A stretch of 32,000 nucleotides of DNA, taken from contig CAYFXO010000001.1 of assembly GCA_964347125.1 (NCBI GenBank), positions 5,557-37,556 on the forward strand. The letters are read 5' to 3'. Origin of the DNA: an uncultured Methanomassiliicoccales archaeon. GTDB lineage: Archaea; Thermoplasmatota; Thermoplasmata; RBG-16-68-12; CAYFXO01. A program made the translations under genes and the position numbers. Positions 18,666 to 26,400 of this stretch are shown piece after piece. How positions within the stretch are numbered: the stretch's first letter is position 1; every line of letters begins with the position of its first letter. Below the pieces are notes generated by a model. The model had not been told where the DNA came from and ran no database searches. It was given only the letters and a program-made list of their open reading frames with translations.

Positions 18666-19420
18666 GGGCTCAGCCCCCCGCAGGTCGGGCATTTGGGGTC
18701 CCGCTCCCAGTCGTAGCGCTCCAGGGTGCCGTCCATCCCTTTGTACATGAGGTAGGCGGCCTGGTTCCCGAACTGGAGGAGGTACTTGAGGGCCTCCTGG
18801 CACTGGAGGCTCGCCACGATGGCCATGGTGGTGGGGAGGGAGGTGAAGTGGCAGAGGCCGGACTCATCGCGCCGGTGCTCGACCCGCCCCTCCTCCGTGG
18901 CGAGGGGCTTGTTGCAGCGGTAGCACGGGGTGCGGCCGGGGAGGATCACGTGGACGGAGCCGTTGATGCCGTCCTGGGAGGCCCCCGCGTCGATGAGGGC
19001 GCGCTTCGCGGGGACACACTTCGCGTTGAGGAACATCCGCACCTGGAAGGAGTCCACGCACCCCAGGATGAGGTCCGAGGCCTCGATCTCGCCCGCGAGG
19101 GCGTCGTACCCCTCCCCGTCCGTCACGTCGTGGGGGTGGGTCGTCACCTCCACGTCGGGGTTCGCGCGGTGGATGTAGGCCTTCATGGCGTCCACCTTCG
19201 GCATCCCGACCTGGGAGGGGTCGTAGATGAGGCGGTTGAGGTTCGCCTCCTCCAGGGTGTCGTAGTCCAGTAGGGCCAGATGGCCGACGCCGCACCGGGC
19301 GAGGATGTCCGCGGAGAGGGCGCCCAGGCCGCCGACGCCCACGATGGCGACCCGCTTGTCGACCAGGCCGGAGAAGTCGGCGAACTCGAAGAGCCGCAGG
19401 CGGGCGTAGCGCTCCGTCAT
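18662..19420 (-). CDS. UBA5-like E1 activating enzyme (ThiF/HesA/MoeB fold)
   Basis: '[58 protein letters not shown]' parallels human UBA5 '[58 protein letters not shown]' (recalled); '[31 protein letters not shown]' parallels UBA5 '[30 protein letters not shown]'; CYRC and CPTC zinc ligands. Alternative GTG start at 19426. Confidence 0.93.
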   Translation of the reverse strand: [252 protein letters not shown]

Positions 19421-19884
19421 ATCCACCCCTTCGCCTTCATGTCATGGACCACGCTCCGGAGCCAGTAGGAGACCTCCCGCTTCAGGTAGAGGGCCATCCC
19501 CGCGTGGTCGTCCCACCAGTAGTCCTGCTCCATGTGCATGTCGCAAATCCGGAGGCCCAGGACGGGGTCGTCCAGCTTCCGGTCCGTGTAGTGCATCAGC
19601 TCGGGGATGCGGACCGCAGGGGGGGTGTGGGGGTAGGCGTCCTTGAGGACGAGCTCCAGGGTGAAGGCCTGGTCCGCCGCCCGGACCTCCCCCGTCCACC
19701 GGGTGGAATTGTGATCCCGGGCGTCCAGGGTGAACCACTCATTGCCCTCCAGGTAGCGCAGGTACTCGGAGAACTTCTGGAGGGCGTAGCGCTCCTCCTT
19801 CACCCGCGTGGGCCACGCGTCGTCCCGCGGGGAGGCGACCGTCGCGCATTGCAGGAAGTAGAAGAGGTCGTCCTCCCTAGCCAT
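19417..19884 (-). CDS. UFC1-like E2 conjugating enzyme
   Basis: 'PRDDAWPTRVKEERYALQKFSEYLRYLEGNEWFTLDARDHNSTRWTGEV...YPHTPPAVRIPEL...GLRICDMHMEQDYWW' parallels human UFC1 '[48 protein letters not shown]...YPTTAPEIAVPEL...GGKICLTDHFKPLW' (recalled). Confidence 0.9.
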   Translation of the reverse strand: MAREDDLFYFLQCATVASPRDDAWPTRVKEERYALQKFSEYLRYLEGNEWFTLDARDHNSTRWTGEVRAADQAFTLELVLKDAYPHTPPAVRIPELMHYTDRKLDDPVLGLRICDMHMEQDYWWDDHAGMALYLKREVSYWLRSVVHDMKAKGWI

Positions 19885-19888
19885 GGGC

Positions 19889-20134
19889 TCAACCGACGAT
19901 GCTCGGATCGATGACGTGGATGTTGGTGCCGCTCTGGGCCACCTCGTCCACGGTGCCGCCCTCGATGGGGGAGCCCCCGGGGAACGTGGCGGTGAGGATG
20001 GAGGGGTCGCGCCCCTGGCGCTTCGCCGCCATGACCAGGGCCTCCTGGAACAGCATGGCGTTCGGCACCTTCAGGGAAACGACGGGCTTCTCGGGGTCCG
20101 AGATGAAGACGAACCGGAGGGTCGTGTGGGTCAT
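19889..20134 (-). CDS. UFM1-like ubiquitin-fold modifier (81 aa, C-terminal ...IVG)
   Basis: MTHTTLRFVFISDPEKPVVSLKVPNAMLFQEALVMAAKRQGRDPSILTATFPGGSPIEGGTVDEVAQSGTNIHVIDPSIVG* parallels human UFM1 '[85 protein letters not shown]' (recalled). Confidence 0.92.
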   Translation of the reverse strand: MTHTTLRFVFISDPEKPVVSLKVPNAMLFQEALVMAAKRQGRDPSILTATFPGGSPIEGGTVDEVAQSGTNIHVIDPSIVG

Positions 20135-20162
20135 GGGGGCACCTGAAGCGAAGTAAGCGGCG

Positions 20163-20176
20163 GGGTTTATTTAGGG
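20163..20176 (-). promoter_or_regulatory. Putative TATA box for the UFM1-like operon
   Basis: Minus strand reads CCCTAAATAAACCC about 30-40 nt upstream of the ATG at 20134, in an otherwise GC-rich context. Confidence 0.5.
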
Positions 20177-20223
20177 GTTGTGGGGCCAGGACGCCGGGTG
20201 ATTTCCAGGGCTCCGGGCCGCCG

Positions 20224-20238
20224 GAAAAAGGTATATCC
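20224..20238 (+). promoter_or_regulatory. Putative BRE/TATA element for the GNAT gene
   Basis: 'gaaaaaggtatatcc' upstream of the ATG at 20278. Confidence 0.5.
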
Positions 20239-20277
20239 AGCGCCGGGCCTGTGGAGGCCGTTCCGAAGGGATCGAAG

Positions 20278-21258
20278 ATGGGGAAGGCCGCCGACGTCGA
20301 GATCCGGGACTTCCGGGACGCCGACTACCCGGGCCTGCAGGAGGTCTACAACGCCACCTACCCGGAGCACCGGGAGAGCCTGGAAGAGATGAAGCACTGG
20401 GACGAGACGTGGGACCACACGCGCTACGAGCGGCGGCGGTACGTCGCGGAGACCGCCGACGGGGAGATCGTGGCCTTCGGGGAGTGGGGGCACTCGCCGG
20501 CCGTCTTCCACCCGCGGAAGTTCTGGATCGAGGTGGACGTCCACCCCTCCCAGCGGCGTCGGGGGATCGGCACCCGCCTATGGAACCACGCGGTGCGCGC
20601 CCTCGATGAGTTCGACCCGCTGCAGCTCCGGGCGAACGCGCGGGAGACGAGTCCGGAGAGCATTCGATTCCTCGAGCGTCGGGGCTTCGTGGAGGTCATG
20701 CGAACCTGGGAGTCGGTGCTAGACCTCACGGCCTTCGACCCGTCGCCGTTCGGCCGGTACTTCGAGGGGCTGGAGGACATCGAGTTCACGACCCTCGCGG
20801 CGGAGGAGGGCAGCCGCCCGGACCTCCACGAGGCCCTCTACGAGCAGGAGACCTCCTTGATGAGCGACGTCCCCCTTCCCGGACCGTACACCCCCATCTC
20901 GTTCGAGATGTTCGAAGGATGGTTCGACGACCCAGGCTCCCTGCCGGACGGCTACTTCCTCGCGAAGGAGGGGGGCGACTACGTGGGGAAGTGCGTCCTC
21001 GTCGCCCAGATGGAGTCCGAGGGCGAGCTCACCCACGGCCTCACCGGCGTCGCCAAGACCCACCGGGGACGCGGCCTCGCCATGGCCCTGAAGGTGACCG
21101 CCCTCCAGTGGGCCAAGGAGCAGGGGTACACGCGGGTGCGGACCTGGAACGACTCCATGAACGTGGGCATCCTGGCCATCAACGAGAAACTGGGGTTTCA
21201 GCGCGAGCCTGCGTGGATCACCTACGTGAAGGAGCTGGGGGGCTCGGATGACGCATAG
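20278..21258 (+). CDS. Tandem GNAT-domain N-acetyltransferase
   Basis: VEIRDFRDADYPGLQEVYN...EVDVHPSQRRRGIGTRLWNHAV... and a second '...TGVAKTHRGRGLAMALKVTALQWAKEQGYTRVRTWNDSMNVGILAINEKLGF'. Confidence 0.9.
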   Translation: MGKAADVEIRDFRDADYPGLQEVYNATYPEHRESLEEMKHWDETWDHTRYERRRYVAETADGEIVAFGEWGHSPAVFHPRKFWIEVDVHPSQRRRGIGTRLWNHAVRALDEFDPLQLRANARETSPESIRFLERRGFVEVMRTWESVLDLTAFDPSPFGRYFEGLEDIEFTTLAAEEGSRPDLHEALYEQETSLMSDVPLPGPYTPISFEMFEGWFDDPGSLPDGYFLAKEGGDYVGKCVLVAQMESEGELTHGLTGVAKTHRGRGLAMALKVTALQWAKEQGYTRVRTWNDSMNVGILAINEKLGFQREPAWITYVKELGGSDDA

Positions 21259-22384
21259 GCCCCTGCACGTGTATGCGGCGGGCACGCCGCGGGAGGTGGG
21301 CCTGGCCCACGGCCAGGCGGCCCGGGACCTCATCGAGGCGAACCTGCAGCTGTACTTCCACCGGTTCCAGAAGGAATGGGGGCTGCCCCGAGAGGAAATC
21401 CTCCGGCGGGCACGGATGTATGAAGCGGTGATCTGGGACCAAGAACCGGACTACGGCGACGCCCTGGAAGGGGTGGCGGAGGGCTCCGGCCTCCCCCTCG
21501 AAGACCTCATCGCCCTGAATGTCCGCTACGAGATCGTCTACAGCGAGCACACGAAGCTGGGGAAGGCCCAGCGGGGGGCCCCGCCGCCTGGCGAGTGCAC
21601 GTCCTTCGCGGTCCTGCCCGAGCGCGCGGGCGGGCGCCTCGTCCTCGCCCAGAACTGGGACTGGATTCCCGGGATTCGCGGGCTCGTCCTGCAGACTCGC
21701 GTTCGCGACGGCCCGGAGGTTTTGGCCTTCACCGAGGCGGGCATCGTCGGCGGAAAGATCGGTCTGAACGAGCACCGCCTGGGCCTCCTCATCAACGGCC
21801 TCCTCTCGAACGAGGACGACTGGGAGCGGCTGGGGACGCCGTTCCACGTGCGGTGCTGGCGGGTGCTCCAATCGGAGACCGTGGACGAGGCCCGGGAACG
21901 CCTCGAAGGGTCCGCGGGGTCCTGCTCCGCGAACTTCCTCCTGGCCCAGTGGGGCGGGGGGGAGGCGGTCGCGGTGGACGTGGAGTCCTCCCCCGTGGGG
22001 ACGGCGGAGCTGCGCCCGGAGGAGGGCGTGCTGACCCACACGAACCACTTCCACTGCGAGGCGGAGCTGGGCATCTGGCAGCCCCTCATCCTCGAGAAGA
22101 CCTCCACCTTCGACCGCCACGACCGCATCGGGGCCCTCATGGCGGAGCGGTTGGGGAGCGGGACCTTCGACGCCGAGGCCGCCATCCAGCTTCTGAGCGA
22201 CCACCACGGGCGGCCGAAGTCCCTCTGCCGCCACCAGGAGGACCTGGTGGACTGGCCGGAGGAGCAGCGGTACGAGACGGTGGCCTCCGTCGTCCTGGAC
22301 CTGGACGCCCGGTCGATGCTCCTGGCCCCCGGTCCCCCCTGCGAGACGGAGTACCACCGGTATGCCCTGGAGAACGGAGGGTAG
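21248..22384 (+). CDS. C45-family peptidase / acyl-CoA:6-aminopenicillanic acid acyltransferase-like Ntn hydrolase
   Basis: 'GTPREVGLAHGQAARDLIEAN...LIALNVRYEI...PGECTSFAV...LVLAQNWDW...GLLINGL'; candidate nucleophile Cys in GECTSF. Confidence 0.87.
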   Translation: MTHRPLHVYAAGTPREVGLAHGQAARDLIEANLQLYFHRFQKEWGLPREEILRRARMYEAVIWDQEPDYGDALEGVAEGSGLPLEDLIALNVRYEIVYSEHTKLGKAQRGAPPPGECTSFAVLPERAGGRLVLAQNWDWIPGIRGLVLQTRVRDGPEVLAFTEAGIVGGKIGLNEHRLGLLINGLLSNEDDWERLGTPFHVRCWRVLQSETVDEARERLEGSAGSCSANFLLAQWGGGEAVAVDVESSPVGTAELRPEEGVLTHTNHFHCEAELGIWQPLILEKTSTFDRHDRIGALMAERLGSGTFDAEAAIQLLSDHHGRPKSLCRHQEDLVDWPEEQRYETVASVVLDLDARSMLLAPGPPCETEYHRYALENGG

Positions 22385-22468
22385 GTCGCCGCGGTGAGAA
22401 CGGGAGAGGAAACCTTATCCCCGCCCCGCCGGGATGGGCCCCTCACGGGACGCCCGAGGTGATATCCC

Positions 22469-23173
22469 ATGAGCTTCTGCCCGAATTGCGGGACCGGCCT
22501 GACCTACGTGGAGCAGCACAACGCCTGGTATTGCCAGCAGTGTCAGCAGTACGCCCCGCCGCCCGCGCAGCCCGCGGCGCCGGCGGCCCCCGCGGGGGGG
22601 AACGGCCTGTGGCACCAGAACCACTACCGGATTCGGAAGAAGGTCCTGACGGTGGGGAACAAGTACTGGATCGAGGACGGCGGGGGGACGGTCCTGGGCT
22701 TCAGCAAGCAGAAGCTCTTCCGGCTCAAGGAGGACATCCGCATCTTCACGGACGAAGGGATGAGCCAGGAGCTCTTCCGGGTGCACCAGCAACAGCTCGT
22801 GGACACCTGGGGCACCTTCGCGGTCTTCGACAGCGCGACGAACGCCTACCTGGGGGCGATCCGCCGGAAGATGATGGCCTCCATCATCCGGGACGAGTGG
22901 GAGGTGTACGACGCCCAGAACCAGCTCGTCGCGGGGATCTACGAGAAGGCCGGGAGGGGGTTGGCGCGGCGGTTGCTGCCGGGCGGGGCCCTCATCCCGG
23001 AGAAGCTGACGCTCACGTTCCAGGGGGCGCCCGTCGCGGAGATCGACCAGCAGTTCAAGGTCATCGGGGACATCTGGGACCTGAAGTGCATGAACCTCCC
23101 GCCCTACCTGGACCGCCGGGTGGTGCTGGGAGGGCTCCTGCTCATGGGGATGGTGGAGCGGGACAAGAAGTAG
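22469..23173 (+). CDS. Zinc-ribbon protein with LURP-one-related/scramblase-like (tubby-fold) domain
   Basis: MSFCPNCGTGLTYVEQHNAWYCQQCQQY... then 'NHYRIRKKVLTVGNKYWIEDGGGTVLGFSKQKLFRLKEDIRIFTDE...'; good RBS 'gaggtga' upstream. Confidence 0.8.
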   Translation: MSFCPNCGTGLTYVEQHNAWYCQQCQQYAPPPAQPAAPAAPAGGNGLWHQNHYRIRKKVLTVGNKYWIEDGGGTVLGFSKQKLFRLKEDIRIFTDEGMSQELFRVHQQQLVDTWGTFAVFDSATNAYLGAIRRKMMASIIRDEWEVYDAQNQLVAGIYEKAGRGLARRLLPGGALIPEKLTLTFQGAPVAEIDQQFKVIGDIWDLKCMNLPPYLDRRVVLGGLLLMGMVERDKK

Positions 23174-23195
23174 GCGGGACCCGCCGTGGTTAGAG

Positions 23196-23269
23196 TGGAC
23201 CCAGCGGGATTTGAACCCGCGGCCTCCAGCTTGCGAAGCTGGCGATCTTCCAGGCTGATCTATGGGCCC
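23196..23269 (-). tRNA. tRNA-Ala (anticodon CGC)
   Basis: Folds by eye: GGGCCCA TA GATC AGCCTGGAA GATC G CCAGC TTCGCAA GCTGG AGGCC GCGGG TTCAAAT CCCGC TGGGTCC A; G3:U70 alanine identity pair and discriminator A; no intron. Confidence 0.96.
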
Positions 23270-23335
23270 GCACCCGCGGTGAGACCCGGCGGCGGTAAAT
23301 AGGTTTCGCGATGGAGGTGGCCCCTTCCAGCCCCG

Positions 23336-23352
23336 AAAAAGCCCTTAAATAG
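23336..23352 (+). promoter_or_regulatory. Putative BRE/TATA element for the giant subtilase gene
   Basis: 'aaaaagcccttaaatag' upstream of the TTG start at 23419. Confidence 0.5.
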
Positions 23353-23418
23353 ACTGCGCCTATCTACACGTCCCCGCGGGCGTCCAGTCCGTGGTTGGTG
23401 GGGAATGGAGGAGTCGAT

Positions 23419-26400
23419 TTGAGCCCGCGCATCCACTCGCGCCTACTGAGCGTATTGGTCGTTGTCACGCTGTCCTCCTCCGCGTTCGCGTTCTTCCCCG
23501 CGGCGACGGGCGACGTCACAGACGGCGTGGACGTGGCCCCCGCGGACGATTCCCTCGGTCCCGCGGCCCCCACCACGGAGGACCCGCAGACGATCGCGGG
23601 CCTCTATAAACTCGAGGCGGGCCTCCGAAGCCACCTCGACTCCAAGGAGACCGTCCGCGTCCTCATCGCGACCTACGACGTGGGCGCCCTCGGCGTGGCC
23701 CTGGGGGCGGGGGCGGTGGACGCCGCCGACCTCGGTGCCAAGGCCCCCGGCCTCGCGGTCCCCATGGTGGACCTCCAGGGCGTCCGCCTCAAGGAGATCG
23801 CCGCCCTGGACTCCACCGTCGCCATCATGGAGTGGCGGCCCCCGGAGCGGCAGGTCGTTGAGACCGTGGACACCTTCTCGAAGAAGGGCGTGCGCCCCAG
23901 CAACCTCAACTCCACCCTGAACCACCTGGCCCCCCAGGCGTGGGCCGCGGGGTGGACGGGCGACGGGGTGCGCATCTCCGTCATGGACGACGGGGTGGAC
24001 TTCGCCCACCCGGACCTCATGGGGACCATGGCCCGGTTCAACTGGACGAACCTCCCCGCGAACATCCAGGCCGCGAAGCCCCACCTCCGGCACTACGACA
24101 ACTGGCCCATGGCCTTCGACCCCTTCTCCATGTCCAGCTTCATGATGAACAACGGCGAGGCGGAGGGGACGTGGTACGGGAACACCACCTCCACGGACCG
24201 CAACGTCACCCACACCATCCGGATCGACGGCCGGAACGACTTCTGGGACGACGGGAGCGAGCTCGTCGCCACCGACCTCCGGGGGGACATCAACGTCGGC
24301 CAGCCGTCCCACCTGGGGAACGACTTCGACCTCGTCTCCCTGTACGCCACCCAGGACGCGGACTGGTGGTATTTCGGCTTCGACACCTTCACGAACCAGT
24401 CGGACGTGGCCTTCGGCCTCTACATCGACACGGACAACGTCACGGGGTCGGGCGGGGACGTGGACCCGCGAGCGGGGAGCCTCATCACCGCCGTGCCCGA
24501 GCACCGCCCGGAGTTCGTCGTCTACATCGACCACCTGGGCGGGCAGCCCCCGGGGCAGTACGACCGGAACGACACCGTGGAGAACGGGACGGTCTACACC
24601 TGGCTGGGCTCCGCCTGGGACGCCGGGGTGAACATCACGGAGTTCCCCATCAACGGGCAGATCAGCTACAGCGCCTGGGACTTCGAGGATGAGGAGGCGT
24701 TCCTGGAGTTCTCCCTGCCCAAGGCGTTCCTAGGGGACCCCCAGCAGCTCGCGGTGGAGCTGTTCACCGCGGGGGTGAACGCGTCCCACGCCCTGGACAC
24801 CGCCTACTCCGACCCGAACGTGAACTTCCCAGCCCCCGACTGGACGCCGACGCCCACCCAGCTCTCCGCGTTCACCTACGTGGGGCGGGGCTTCTGGATC
24901 CACACCTACGTCCGCTCCGACGACACCGTCGCGGGGAAGCCGAACGTCCAGATGTCGTGGCCCCTGGAGTACCAGGTCACGGGGACCAGCAAGAGCGGCG
25001 GCTACTACTTCGGCGACCACCCGGACGACAACTACCCCCTCACCCGGATTCTCGTGGTGGACGAGGCGGTGGCGGGGGTGTACGACACCGTCTACGTGGA
25101 CCTGGACCACAACCGGGACTTCACGAACGACAAGCCCCTGAAGAAGTACGGGAAGTACTGCGCGGACAAGCAGTGGCGGCCCGCGGACGACCCCGTGGCC
25201 TGCCCGGTCTACGACGAGACCTCGTGGCTGGACTTCTTCGACCCCGCCTCGGGGGTGACGTCCATCGACTACGCCCCGAACGGGACGTGGATTGCCACCG
25301 GGTCCAACGACCACCGGATCCTCCTGTGGGACGCCGCCTCCGGCGCCCAGGTCAACGAGTTCCACGCCCACCGCGGGCGGGTGACGTCCGTGGCCTGGGA
25401 CCTTGCGGGGCTACGCCTCGCCGCGGGCTATGCCGACGCCTCCGGCCGCGGGCAGCACGCCGTGGTCGTGTGGAACTGGGACGGCACGGTGGCCGCCACG
25501 TTCACCGAGAGCGACGGCGGGCACACCGCGGGGGTCACCGCCGTGGCGTGGGACCCCGTCGGGGCGAACAACCGCCTCGTCTCCGCGTCGATGGACGGCA
25601 CCGCGAAGGTCTGGAACGTCGGAACGGGCCTCGTGGCCACCCTCACCGGACACACGGCCGCCGTCGGGACCGCGGACTGGGGCGCCAACGGCATCGCCAC
25701 CGGCTCTGACGACGGGACCGTGCGCCTCTGGGACGCCTCGTGGACCGAGGCGGACTCGGTGGCCCACGGCACGCCCCTCAACGCCATCGCGTTCAGCCCG
25801 AACGGGACGTGGCTCGCCTACGGCGACCGGGCGGGGCTCCTGAGCGTGTGGGACGTGGTCCTGGACGCCTGGAGCACCTGGTCCATCCCCGAGCACCAGA
25901 CCCTCCCGATCACCTCCGTATCCTGGTCCCCCGTGGCCTCCCAGCTCCTCACCACCTCCACGTGGGACGAGGAGACGAACAACTTCGTCCTCGCCCGGTG
26001 GACGGTCAACAACTACAACGACTTCTTCGTCACCGGCTCCAAGACGGGGCAGGCGGCCCACGAGGCCAGCGTGTTCTCCGGGACCTGGTCCACCGACGGC
26101 CTCTCCGTCGTCTCCGGCGGGGAGGAGGCCCGGGCGCGGCGGTGGACGAGCGCCACCCTCTCCCTGGAGGGAGACTACAAGGGCCACGCCCTGGGGTCCA
26201 CCGACTACACGTGGTACCTCACGGGCGACGGCGTCCCGGACGTCTCCGGCGGGATCATCTACTTCATCGCGCAGAACGAGTGGGACTTCGGCAGCGGGAC
26301 CCTGGAGCAGGTGCCCATCCCCTACTCGGACGTGTGGATCGCCCGCCAGCCGGCCGTGCTGGACCTGCAGAACATCATCCCCGCCAACGGGACCGTCGTC

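Noticed and set aside
18662-19420. Interpretation of the E1 as a generic MoeB/ThiF/UbaA (SAMP/URM1/thiamine) enzyme
   Set aside because: The SLPTTM motif following the GLC cysteine, the UBA5-like residues around DYD..EEAN.NRL, and direct overlap with UFC1-like and UFM1-like genes favour UBA5; no MoaD/ThiS-like GG protein is adjacent. Phylogeny would be decisive.
17667-20134. Possible eukaryotic contamination as the source of the UFM1-like genes
   Set aside because: Overlapping start/stop codons, GTG starts, no introns and uniform composition with flanking archaeal genes argue against it; read-level confirmation is still advisable.
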